A stretch of DNA of 64,000 nt from Schizochytrium sp. TIO01. Lineage: Eukaryota; Protista; Bigyra: Labyrinthulomycetes. The stretch spans positions 4,474,845-4,538,844 of the forward strand of contig SMSO01000014.1 of assembly GCA_004764695.1 (NCBI GenBank), written 5' to 3'. Shown here piece after piece: positions 36,088 to 46,985 of this stretch (positions are counted from its first letter, which is position 1; each line of letters starts with the position of its first letter). The notes under the pieces were generated by a model that worked only from the letters and a program-made list of their open reading frames with translations, was not told the DNA's origin and did no database searches. A program made the position numbers and the translations under genes.

Positions 36088-37098
36088 CTAATCACTCTCT
36101 TCATTGTTCTCACTTTCGTCGCTCTCTGCGAAACCTCGATGACGCTTTCTTCGCCCTGTTTTGACACGCTTCCGGGGCCTTGGTATGACTGCATCTTCTT
36201 CGATCTCCGCAGAAGCCCCCTTGTTATGTTCTGCTCCAGAGTCAAAAGTGCCAGATTGATCAGGAGGCGCAATGTGTGATGAGCTTCGTGCTGGCCCCTC
36301 ATCCTGTAAATCGAAACTGTCCACAGGAAGCAGCGTCTGAGTTACGTCTAAGGCAAGTCCTTGTGTCATAAACTCCTGGCTTATTTTTTCTTTACGCCGG
36401 CGCGCTGCCTGAGGGGTTAGCATCTCTTTTTGTGAGATTTTGGTGCTAGTTTTGGAGTCAGAAAGCACAGTCACCCATGAGGAATCATTTTCCGTTTCTG
36501 CATTGAGGACATAGCGTTGGTGTATTTCCTGGCGCGTTTCCTCAGGATACAACGAAAATGCTACGTCAAGCATAAATTTCACCATAAAATGGTCCCCACG
36601 ACGAGCGAGCACGCCAAAGGTAAGGTTCGTAGCTCCTCCGTCAGCGTATTCGATGCCGAGATGAAGTTTTTGAGATTTCTCGTCAATCCAAAATTCGAAC
36701 TTAGGCTGCATTTGGATCGCTTTGGCACAGGCACGGGCAAGATTGTTCAGAAGTGCTAGATCCTCCTCATCAACATCATAACCTGCGCGATCCATATGAT
36801 CACATAGTGACTTTGCATCGAGCTTGCACCCAAAAACGGGTGCTCTCGGATGTGCTTCGAGATTCCCTGTCACTGGGTCTATAGTGACAATCGCTAGGCA
36901 TACTTGTGCAATACGACGCCCTTTTTCTTTATCGCACCGGAGCCATAGGATCCCCCTGTTCCAAGACCGCGTTACCTCGCTGTTGCTCGCGTCGTGCAGG
37001 TCCACGAACCTGCACCAGAGCAGCTTAGACTTGCTAAAATCTTGCGCATCCTCCACCAGCGCAAAGATCGCCTTGCACACCGTCGTATCGCCGTCCAT
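36088..37098 (-). CDS. Hypothetical protein, 336 aa; tentatively XRCC4/XLF-superfamily-like
   Basis: Uninterrupted ATG-start ORF with a beta-rich N-terminal domain, a helix, a disordered tail and a basic C-terminal RKRVKTGRRKRHRGF motif. The family call is weak. Confidence 0.7.
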   Translation of the reverse strand: MDGDTTVCKAIFALVEDAQDFSKSKLLWCRFVDLHDASNSEVTRSWNRGILWLRCDKEKGRRIAQVCLAIVTIDPVTGNLEAHPRAPVFGCKLDAKSLCDHMDRAGYDVDEEDLALLNNLARACAKAIQMQPKFEFWIDEKSQKLHLGIEYADGGATNLTFGVLARRGDHFMVKFMLDVAFSLYPEETRQEIHQRYVLNAETENDSSWVTVLSDSKTSTKISQKEMLTPQAARRRKEKISQEFMTQGLALDVTQTLLPVDSFDLQDEGPARSSSHIAPPDQSGTFDSGAEHNKGASAEIEEDAVIPRPRKRVKTGRRKRHRGFAESDESENNEESD

Positions 37099-37151
37099 AC
37101 CTTCTCAATCTGACCTCAGCCTTAACTTGGTCCTCTAACCAGACATCTGCA

Positions 37152-37177
37152 AAAAGCCAAATCGCGATTTGGCTTTT
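37152..37177. promoter_or_regulatory. 26-bp perfect palindrome in the ~300-bp divergent intergenic region
   Basis: AAAAGCCAAATCG|CGATTTGGCTTTT, between divergent starts at 37098 (-) and 37398 (+). Confidence 0.6.
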
Positions 37178-37397
37178 ACTTTTGCTTCGTCCCTGGATTT
37201 GAGTAAACCAAATTGTTTGATGTATTTATGACAGCAAAAGCTGAAAAAAGAGTGAAAAGAAGAAAAAGAATTATAATACCGTGGCAGTATTCAAAACTAA
37301 TGACAAACAGGCTTTTATTTAGATACCTTCCTAGTACCATAAAACCCGCAGCGATACAGAGCCTGAGCAAAGTCGATTTGCCTCAGCTACGCTCAGG

Positions 37398-38906
37398 ATG
37401 CCGGAGCCGGCGGTTCGAGGGTCCTTTGGGCCGCGTAGAACGTTTCTGCTGGGGATTCTACTGACACTAGGCGTGGTGGCGCTTCTCTCGCTTGAGAGTT
37501 CCCGCGAGCGACTCGTGGTGGTCTCGCAGTCGTCGGGTTGGGCGTGGATCTCGGACTTTGCCTCGAAGAATGGCACCTCAGAATTTGCTTCCACGATCAG
37601 AGGATATATTCGAGGCGTGGGTAAAAATGGTGATGAGAAGGAACCCCAAGAGAAGGGAGATACAATCTTAATCGAAGGCCAAGGCTCGGGGGTGGAAGAA
37701 CAGCGAGATGACGATGATAACAATGCTGAGGGTTTTGAGTCTCTTCAAGACTCAGAAGACAAGGAATTCTCTGATCGACTCGTCTTTGATTGTAACCAAG
37801 ACTCAATGTGCCGCGAGACAACATTTTGTGACCGTAGCTTGAATAAGTGTCGACCAGGTGTCTGGACGGCACGACAGGTCCCTGCTCAACGTTGCGAGCA
37901 GTGCAGAAGCGATATTAAAGCTCTTCTAGCCGATGACGCTATTGAATTTGCAGGTGATGTGATCGATGATGATACGGGGGCATGCATGATTCGCTTTATT
38001 TCTAAGATTGAGCCTGAGGAAGCTGTTAAGCGTACAGGAGCGATTTCAGGTACTGTGAGACGTATCGACCACCATGTTGACTCGACATTTGCCTTCTGTG
38101 AGGCCGACAGTGGGGATAAGGATGGAGAACAAAATGCAAAAGAAACAAAGGTTAATCAAGTAGTTGATGTTTCAATGCACTCTGGTCTTACGCAGCTACA
38201 GCTCTACACATCGCCCCATTTTGTGGTTTCTCGTAGAACTGCTAGCGTCGAATGGCTCTACAAGGATTTCTATGATGGTTTTACTTCGGATATATGCCAG
38301 TTCGGTCCGCTTGACATTGCGACAGCGTGCATGGTACCTTTTACCACCGCTGAGAGTGGGTCTGCTTTTCTTCTTCACCTGCTAAACAACTGGTACCATT
38401 TACCAGAGTGGCTAGCTTTTCTGGACGCAGACAAGACTGATCGTACTATCTTCGAAGCTAAACTAGGATGTCTACAGGTGGATCCAAACATGGAAAACCT
38501 GGAGGCAATAGGCTTTATGCCCTTGGATGGTGCTGTTTCCGGCACCCATGAGCAGGTTCCTGAGTCGACACAGGCTGTTTTGGACGCTGTGTGGTCTAAA
38601 ATTATTGTCAAATACCTTGAAAACTCGGTGCCAGCAGCAGTGCCGACCTCCTGGACATCAGTCCGTGCGTTCATCGTTGAAGAAGACCAAATCTCTCGAC
38701 TCCCTCGTGAAATGATTATGGAAATCTATCTCGTAACTATAGGAATGTTCCCTGGCATTAATTCTCTCGGTACCGAGTTCCTGCCTGCACTCTGGCCTGT
38801 GCTACTAAGCAAGTTCTCTCCTGACAACGGCAACAACGCAACCCAAACCCAACCCCAATTGTATGATTGTGTGGATACCCGCATTATGTCCCCACCAGGT
38901 ATCTAA
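37398..38906 (+). CDS. Type II membrane protein with a DUF3431-like C-terminal domain, 502 aa
   Basis: N-terminal signal-anchor FLLGILLTLGVVALL; ESGSAFLLHLLNNWYHLPEWLAFL and FIVEEDQISRLPRE resemble the DUF3431 motifs E..aYL.yIidnYd.LP...iF and F.Vsr.rI...Pre. Confidence 0.7.
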   Translation: MPEPAVRGSFGPRRTFLLGILLTLGVVALLSLESSRERLVVVSQSSGWAWISDFASKNGTSEFASTIRGYIRGVGKNGDEKEPQEKGDTILIEGQGSGVEEQRDDDDNNAEGFESLQDSEDKEFSDRLVFDCNQDSMCRETTFCDRSLNKCRPGVWTARQVPAQRCEQCRSDIKALLADDAIEFAGDVIDDDTGACMIRFISKIEPEEAVKRTGAISGTVRRIDHHVDSTFAFCEADSGDKDGEQNAKETKVNQVVDVSMHSGLTQLQLYTSPHFVVSRRTASVEWLYKDFYDGFTSDICQFGPLDIATACMVPFTTAESGSAFLLHLLNNWYHLPEWLAFLDADKTDRTIFEAKLGCLQVDPNMENLEAIGFMPLDGAVSGTHEQVPESTQAVLDAVWSKIIVKYLENSVPAAVPTSWTSVRAFIVEEDQISRLPREMIMEIYLVTIGMFPGINSLGTEFLPALWPVLLSKFSPDNGNNATQTQPQLYDCVDTRIMSPPGI

Positions 38907-39263
38907 AGGTACACCCCTGTATTGAAAGGGCTTTCTGAATAAGACTAATAGTGGGGAGTGCATACAATGGGTATGGAAGGACTATATGATGGAATAGACG
39001 ATTGGCGAGGAAAGATGAGGAACTGAGAGAGAAGGAATTTGTCTTAGTTGCTATTAGTACCTACTTACTTTATAATAGTATAATAATAATAATATGTAGT
39101 TTTGCCAGATTTACTTGGTCGAGAACATCGAGCAGTCGAACAACACAGTGATAGTTGGAGAGCAATCGAAGCTAGTTCTTCTTACGTCGACAAGCTTCTC
39201 TAACCAAGGTTCTCCGGCGTGGAGCGCTGCGAGTGACCCGTTCACAAAGTTTACGTGTGCACG

Positions 39264-40715
39264 ATGACAACTCCAATTGATTACTCAAAGTTTGAGGCCA
39301 TCGAACGCCAGGTCGTGGAAGACGAGGCTGCTGAGAAAGCTGCCAAAGAGGCCGCGAAGCAGCGTGAAAAAGAGGAAATCGAGGCCTCTGATGGTGACCA
39401 AAAGGCCAAGGCTAAGGCTCTTGAAGCGAACCGTAACAAGTTCAGACCTCCCGCAAAATATGTGGACTCTGATGGTGACACCGTGAGCAATCCCTCCGAA
39501 GATGAGGATTCTGATTCCGATGATGAAGATGGCCTCAACGAAGATGAAGATCTTCATCCACTTTTCTGGCGCCGCATGCCCAAGCCAGGCACCAAGGGTG
39601 ATGAACAAGCCAAGATTCTTCGAGATCTCGTGTACAAGAATGAAGAAGATGAACCAAAGCACCCAAACGAACTTGCCGAAGACTTTAAGGAGAAAGGCAA
39701 TGAGTTCTTCAAGTGGGGACCTAAGTACTTCAAGCGAGCGATGCAAGAGTATAAAGAAGCTCTGCAGTGGGCTCGGAAAGGAGATGATAGTATCGAAAAC
39801 AAGAAATGCTACGCAGCCATCTTGTCAAATCGTGCCGCGATCAACCTCAAGCTTGGCAACAATGGCAGCGTGGTCCGAGACTGTGAAGCTGCTATCAAAT
39901 ACGGCCCTGAACCCTTGCCGAACCCGAAAACACACTGGAGAGCTGCGATGGCGTGCTCCAAACTTGGCAAGCTTCGTGAGGCAAAGAAATTCGTGGACGA
40001 TGGTCTCAAGATTGATCCTGAGAACGCAGAAATGATCAAGCTTGCAGCCAAGGTGAAAAAGGATCTTGACGCACAGAAAAAGGCAGAACGGGAGAAGGAG
40101 CGCAAACTCATGGAAGAGCGTCGCAAGGATGAGCAGATGCGCAAGGAGTGCTTAGAACGTGGGTTCCACGTTGGTCCTCTTGTCAATGACATTGAGATGT
40201 ACCTTCAGGGTGCGATTGGCAACAAAACACAGGGCGGGTTTCCACGACCTGGTCGCGAGAACAACTCGATGCAGTGGCCGGTTATGCTCATGTACCCGGA
40301 GCACATGCAAACTGAATTCATCAGTGCTATGGACCTTCATCACACCTTTCGTGACCACCTAGAGATTATGTTCCCGCCTTCGCGAGCGGCAATGACCCCT
40401 GAAAACAAGGCGCCATGGGACGAACTCGGGGACTACACTGTGGACGAGATGGAAGTGTATATGGAAGAACGTGTGGTGCATTCATTTGATATGGAGCGCA
40501 TGTGGGAAAAGCAGTACAGCATCAAACCCGAAAAAGAAGACTGGTCTAAACGACGCCGCGTGCTTGTTTCTTTGGACAAAACTCTCAACGACTGCCTGAA
40601 GGATCCGGACTATGTCATACCAGGTGTCCCGACATTTTACGTAGTGTCGAAGAGATCAGCCTACTACAAAGATACTTTTTGTCCGGATCATAACGGACGT
40701 CTCAGGATACTTTAA
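39264..40715 (+). CDS. TTC4: TPR co-chaperone TTC4/Cns1
   Basis: HPLFWRRMP, AEDFKEKGNEFFK, LSNRAAINLKLGN, C-terminal wheel domain WPVMLMYPEHMQTEFI...FRDHLEIMF...APWD...Y...GVPTFYVVSK. The track start is GTG; the first ATG is at 39264. Confidence 0.88.
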   Translation: MTTPIDYSKFEAIERQVVEDEAAEKAAKEAAKQREKEEIEASDGDQKAKAKALEANRNKFRPPAKYVDSDGDTVSNPSEDEDSDSDDEDGLNEDEDLHPLFWRRMPKPGTKGDEQAKILRDLVYKNEEDEPKHPNELAEDFKEKGNEFFKWGPKYFKRAMQEYKEALQWARKGDDSIENKKCYAAILSNRAAINLKLGNNGSVVRDCEAAIKYGPEPLPNPKTHWRAAMACSKLGKLREAKKFVDDGLKIDPENAEMIKLAAKVKKDLDAQKKAEREKERKLMEERRKDEQMRKECLERGFHVGPLVNDIEMYLQGAIGNKTQGGFPRPGRENNSMQWPVMLMYPEHMQTEFISAMDLHHTFRDHLEIMFPPSRAAMTPENKAPWDELGDYTVDEMEVYMEERVVHSFDMERMWEKQYSIKPEKEDWSKRRRVLVSLDKTLNDCLKDPDYVIPGVPTFYVVSKRSAYYKDTFCPDHNGRLRIL

Positions 40716-40759
40716 GGAGCTCAGTAAACGTAGATTTATAGCAGGTTGGCATGAAAAAA

Positions 40760-42130
40760 ATAATTGCAGCAGGGTTGCTCGGGGATCTCTCGCAGTGTTA
40801 TGTTGGCCCAAAGAAGTTTGGAAACATTCCCCCTGCGCAGTTGTAAGGAGGATGAAAGCACCAGAGTCCTTCTTGTTAGCCAGGTCAACAGGATTAGGCA
40901 GGATGGAAAACCCATTTTTTAATCATTCCTATCGATGAACTTGTGGGAGCTAGATCTATCAAGTAACATGTATTTTCGCGCATTGATTTGTCTTTTCTTT
41001 CTTCTATAACTCCTAAGAAAATTTAAGCGCTGGTCGGCCCCACTCTGTATATAACCAGACTAGGGCAAGCTAGATCTAGTGATCTTTGTAGGTATTGTTG
41101 GTAAGCACTTCTTGGCTCATTCCTCAAACTCAACAAGACTTTTTTTGGGGAGGGGGCGATAAATCCGGTTTAGAGATTAAATAAATGGCGAGTCAACTTC
41201 CATTTCCGAAGCCGTTTACGGTCCCCGGCTACGTACATGTTTCCAAGGTATTGGCAAAGTTTTTTTAATGTGGATTATTAATGAAGGTTTACAAACATAT
41301 GTAGCCACTATTAAACGACAGGGATCATTTGCAATAGTAATCTAACGTATGAATCATCTCAAAAATGGATTTTATCTGAGCCGTGGACCAAAACTTTGGA
41401 CGACGTTGTGTCAAAGGTGTCTTCAAGTCCTAATCGTTGGCTTGCACATACCAGCACAATCATGTGCTCAAAGTGCGCTAGCAGAAAGACGCTGCCTGAG
41501 GAAAGCGAATTTCTGAAAAGGGCAGGAATTACAAACGTGACTGAACTACTTGATTGACCAAGTTGTAGTGCCTCGACAACACACAACCACTTCCATGCGT
41601 AACCAATAATTACAGGAATTTATGCTACGCCATCTAGTCTTCAAGAAAGTCTGAAATGTTTCATAAGTTCTAATTAACCACACAAGTTGAATGAAATGCC
41701 TTTGACTGTCGTTTGCCCATAGAGCATGTGTTGAGACGTCTACGCTTGTTTATTGGGCTAAGTGTAATCTACCTCTAGTTCGCCTGAAGGAAGGTGAGCT
41801 CCCTCAAACCGGCAAGCCGACGGCCTTTTCGTCTGATTTTATGAGCTTTTCTGTGTGACATAGGATAATACATAATGCCAGCTTTCCCAGCTGGCAAGAA
41901 AGTGTAAGAACATAAGTTCATGTTTTCTGACCAAAGGTGGAAAGTAGGTACATCTTCTACCAGGTGCAGGCGTTTGACCCAGCAACGTTGTCTGTGCCAC
42001 AGAGTGTGCACGAAAGTGATACGCGACTCGAGAATCTCAGCCACTCATCGCACGCAACACCTACCATCAGTTGCAGATGATGAAACACTTCATTGCTTCT
42101 TCTTTAGACTGCTTCTCGATGGGCTAAATT
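40760..42130 (+). mobile_element. Probable highly decayed non-LTR (LINE-like) ORF2 relic
   Basis: Ordered degenerate motifs across frameshifts: GDLSQCY (~40781, cf. D..KAYD), RIRQDG then FLIIPIDEL (~40890-40942, cf. GxRQG...LF...DxL), ttcgcgcattgatttg (~40975, cf. FADDL), SGLEI (~41163), and DETLHCFF..DC (~42079-42112, cf. zf-RVT ETxxHxFFxC). Confidence 0.4.
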
Positions 42131-44793
42131 AAACAACAACATGGCATTGACCAGAGCTCTTGTCAGAGCTTCTCAGCATAAAACATACTACTAGGTGCCT
42201 AGGTCCTAGTTCCGAAAAGTCATGAGACTCTGGCTTCTGACCAAACGGTTTTTGAAGGCTCGTACTTCACATCGTCTAAACGGTCGTGAAAAGCTATGAA
42301 GTCAGCCGTTGCAAATAAAGCATCCAATTCTACATCATATTTGGTTGTGTTAAGACTCGAGGAATGTACGTCTTACGTTATGATTTGCTTTCTATTTCTC
42401 TTTGCAACTTTTTTTAATTCTCTTTTTTTTTTTTTTTTTTTTTTTTTAATTAAAATAAATTATTTTTAATACTGAAAAGAATGAAAAGAATGAAAAGAAT
42501 AAATAACAAATAATAAATAATAAAAGGTCCTTAAAAGCACGGGGGAAATCATGCGTAGGTGAGAAAGGATAATCCTAAAGAACTTGAAGTGTTGGCGAGC
42601 AGATCAGCTCTTTAGAATGGAATAAACGCAAGCCAACGTGGGGTTTCCATCTTCCAGTGCAACCACACCCTCGCTGAAGTGTCCGAATATGATCTAAAAA
42701 CCGCATGCCATGTCGTTGTCCAATCAAAGTGCTGGGCTGATTCAAGTTCTAACTGCGCTTACACATGCCAGTAGTAGTACATTGTTGAGCCAGCCTTAGT
42801 AGAGGCTAATCCTACAAGTTAGATCTTTCACACAAACTCAAGTTAGTTCCAGCCGAGGAAAGCCAAAGCATGGAATGCTACCATCACAATTCTCGTACCA
42901 CAAACGTATGAACGGCCTCGTTTTAAAAGCAGATCCGATCCGCAGATAAATCTCCTCGACGGCGTCGCTATATCTGGAAAATAAGAAATTGAGAATCGAG
43001 AAGAGCTTGATTACAGCAACAACGGCAGATAAAACTTCAATTCACGCCCTGCGTTCCTTGAAGGTGATGAGATCCAGCTTTATTGATTGTTGGACTGTCC
43101 TTATTGTCAAGATGACTGAACGCCATTCTCGTAGTTTGCTTTCCGTTTCTTATTATTTATTCAGTATTTTTTAATTAATAACCTACAATATTTTAGTCTC
43201 TAGAAACAACAGGAGCGTCAAATGTGATTAATGAACCGCTGCATAAATAACTCGACCCCTTGAATTACTCGCTGCCAATAGCCATTTCTTCAGTCTCTTA
43301 CCAATTGTAATTCTCGCACAGCATAATGGCCTGTCCTCGCGACGACTTTGTCATCGTGCCAATCGAACCTCGGAAAGAAAAGAATGGGCTGCACTCTCGA
43401 GCCTGGGCTTGTTGAACCGGCTGACCAGCTTGAAAATGATGAGACCCGTTGGTTAATAGTTTGCGCCTTGACTTCTGCGGTTGATTCAATTAATTCTCAG
43501 GGCAGCGGTCTTTCATAACACTCCCAGTCTGCCTGCCTAGAAACCTTGAAAGGCTTCCCAACTTCCTCCAAATTCATGAGCTTGCCTGGAAGACAGGGGC
43601 TACAGTACGATTATATGCGGCATCGCGACGCAATTACGGATCAGCTTGCGTTGGCGAAGAACCAACCATTGATGGTCCTTTTCCAGCTCCTCCGAAATCA
43701 CTCAGCTTGAATTGAATTGGTTTGAGCTCGATCTTTCGAGGGACTTCCTCAGCAGCAGATTGAAGATTGATCCGCAATCGGTTTCTTCACTGGCATTCAT
43801 TACGAACATGTCAGGAAGTGGAAGTCAGGGAATACACGAGAGAGTAAGAGAGAGACACACAGAGAGAGAGAGAGACCTTCTGAGGTCTGATGAACCTGGT
43901 TTGGTTGAACAATAGAATGCGTGAATTGCGCATGCCAAATAAAATGGCACGAGTTGGTAGCTTGCAAAATGGTTGGTATCTTGGCAGGTACCTTCAACCC
44001 ACGATTTTGTCAGATCGATCCCCGGAGCAGCACCGTGGCGTCCGTGAGCTAGCTCTCCAGGGGTCTCGAAATCTGAACGGCGAGCGACTTTTCAGAATTC
44101 ATTCACGCCCAAATTGCGAGAAATCAGTGCTGTGGACAGAATGGTGGCATTTTGTGGTTCGCAAGAATGGTCTTGTAGAAACCTGAACACTGAGGACTGC
44201 ATGAATGTTCTGGCCAGTGGATCACTTTCCCGAGCGCACGCCTCAATTTGGACAACCTATGATTAAGATTGACTTTAAAAGCCTCGTCCATACTTTGTTC
44301 AAGTGAGGGCAAGTTCTTCTCACGTGTAGCTGGAAGCGCACAAGTAACAGATGCCAGTCGAAGGATATATTTCGCAACTCCCACTTTCAATGTCAGAGGT
44401 TGTTTACTCGTTGGCGCAAGTGTCTTCATCATGGGTTCCCTTATTAAAGTAAAGCGCGAAGTGTTGCAGCTGTCCATTCATTGTTTTACAGCGTGCATAA
44501 AGTTGAACCAAATCTTATATGTTTCGAGGACCAATCATTTTTCGATCTGCCCAGGTCAGCAAGTCGCTATGCAAAGATCGACCATACAGTAGGCATGGAC
44601 CAAGTGCACCAGGTTCGCGATTATTAAAGAGCATATTTTTTTAATACTGTCAAGATCCAACGTAAACCTAAAAAATCAACTTCACTGGCTCATCGGTATA
44701 AGAGAGCCCCCTGCGTAAGATCGCCGAGGCCATGATGCCATGCCGTTGCTACCAGATGATGCATCCTACAGGGATCATCAACCAAAACATACA

Positions 44794-44885
44794 GCAACAG
44801 CTAAAGCAATAGCTAAAGCAACAGCTAAAGCAACAGCTAAAGCAACAGCTAAAGCAACAGCTAAAGCAACAGCTAAAGCAACAGC
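44794..44885. repeat. 12-bp tandem repeat (GCAACAGCTAAA)n, about 7-8 copies
   Basis: Visible directly. Confidence 0.9.
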
Positions 44886-45569
44886 CACAGGTGCAGGTGA
44901 ATCAGAATCGCTGCACTTGATACTAGGGAGGCGGTATCAAGATATCTTGGAAGCGTAGTATCATTTAGTAGGTTATCCAAAACTGCAGAGAAGCTACTGG
45001 AGTAGATCCTCGAGGCATTTGGATCTCCTTTGACCTTCTCCGAAGTTCAATCATCCTTTTCTGATGTTTAATTTCATCCCGGCAAAGTCTCATCCGCAAG
45101 AAAGCGCCCATCATCATCGTCATTATAGTCCCCACTTTTTCGTTGTCATCTTCATCGCCGCCCACCTCAAAGTTCCACCTTGAAGGAACATATGGAACGG
45201 AACGCTTGTGAATCTTGGAGGGCCGCCTTTGAGGGGTCTTTCAAGCTAGCGGGTCTTTCACGAGCGCCTTAGCTAGCTATCTGTGAGGCTCTTTAGCCTG
45301 GCTGCGGGGCTTTCGCCAGCTGGCTAACCGCAGCGCCCTCGAAGGCAACTTATTCATGTGAGTGCGTGCCTTATTTCTTCGGCTTGTACCGCAAATCAGC
45401 TGAGCTCTCCCCCCGTCGCTCACTGCGCCTCGCCAGCGGGAGAGGCCTTCAGTGGCGCCCTGAGGAGGGCGGTCTTTCACCATGGCGAGGTCTCGCCAAA
45501 CCGACGGACCCAGTCGCCTCCCTAGCCAATTAGCTACTTCGCTGCTGCCTAGCCAAGTAAGTAAGCCAA

Positions 45570-45860
45570 TAAATAAGTAAATAAGTAAATAAGTAAATAA
45601 GTAAATAAGTAAATAAGTAAATAAGTAAATAAGTAAATAAGTAAATAAGTAAATAAGTAAATAAGTAAATAAGTAAATAAGTAAATAAGTAAATAAGTAA
45701 ATAAGTAAATAAGTAAATAAGTAAATAAGTAAATAAGTAAATAAGTAAATAAGTAAATAAGTAAATAAGTAAATAAGTAAATAAGTAAATAAGTAAATAA
45801 GTAAATAAGTAAATAAGTAAATAAGTAAATAAGTAAATAAGTAAATAAGTAAATAAGTAA
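45570..45860. repeat. Perfect 8-bp tandem repeat (TAAATAAG)n, about 36 copies
   Basis: Visible directly; source of the spurious YLFTYLLI ORFs. Confidence 0.97.
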
Positions 45861-46615
45861 TGCTCTCTCTGATGAGCGATTAGTACTCCGAAGGATCTCA
45901 ATGCGCGAAGATTGCTTCGCCTTCGTGCGATTCTCCTGAAGCGACGATCCCGAGCGCCGTCTCCGTCGATACCCTGCCTCTCTGGCGGCAGAATGCCTCG
46001 GCCTCTCACTGGCTACGTCAGGGATGGAGATGGATCTTTCCCTCGAGGTGAGTTCTGCTGCTTTCATCGAGTTCTCCAGTTCTCGAGTTCTCGAGGCCAT
46101 AGATCCATAGATCCGCATATAGATCCACAGATCCATAGATACAGGTAGACATTGGACGCAGCGATCTCTGCGTGACTCTGCTGTGTTTGTCTCTATGATC
46201 GAAAGCGCCAACGTCATGAAGCAATCAATCGGTACACCGTTGAGCTGCAAACTCTTTGATTGAGGTTGTTATCTCAGCAGGACCTCAGTTCTTGGCTTCC
46301 ATCGATCGCTTTCTGCGCATTCTTCGGCCTTCAAGATCGCCGCGCGAAGATAGAACAGAACGGCTGAGAGAACGCGGGAGCTCGAGTCCCAAGGAACTGC
46401 CGTTCATCCATCCATTCATCCATTCATTCATTCATTCATTCATTCGCTCATGCTCGTCAGAAAGGATGGTGGACCACCGTGAAGGCTCTGCAAGGCTCGC
46501 AGGGTACGCCTCCCAGCTCAGGACAGACTGCCTTTTTCGCGATTTGGGCGTCGTGCGGTCGATCGTAAATCGCTGTTTTCCTTCCTTTGGAGAGCTCTTT
46601 TCTGTGGAATCGAAG

Positions 46616-46985
46616 AAAGAACTCATCAGAAGAAGGGAACTCAACAAAAGAAAGGAACTCAACGAAAGAAAGGAACTCAACGAAAGATAGAAACTCAACG
46701 AAAGAAAGGAACTCAACAAAATATAGAAATTCAACGAAAGAAAGGATCTCAACGAAAGAAAGGAACTCAAAGAAAGATAGAAACTCAACGAAAGAAAGGA
46801 ACTCAACAAAATATAGAAATTCAACGAAAGAAAGGATCTCAACGAAAGAAAGGAACTCAAAGAAAGATAGAAACTCAACAAGAGACAGAAACTCAACAAA
46901 AGATAGAAACTCAACAAGATATAGAAACTCAAAGAAAGAAAGGCAGAAACTCAAAGAAAGAAAGAAAGACAGAAACTCAAAGAAG
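46616..46985. repeat. 18-bp minisatellite (consensus ~GAAACTCAACGAAAGAAA) with a 90-bp (5-unit) higher-order duplication
   Basis: The block starting gatagaaactcaacgaaagaaaggaactcaacaaaatatag recurs at 46686 and 46776. Confidence 0.9.

Noticed and set aside
45570-45860. Possible interstitial telomere
   Set aside because: TAAATAAG has no G-run and is not a TTAGGG-type repeat.
46616-46985. Possible CRISPR-like array
   Set aside because: Contiguous 18-bp units with no unique spacers; eukaryotic context and no cas genes.
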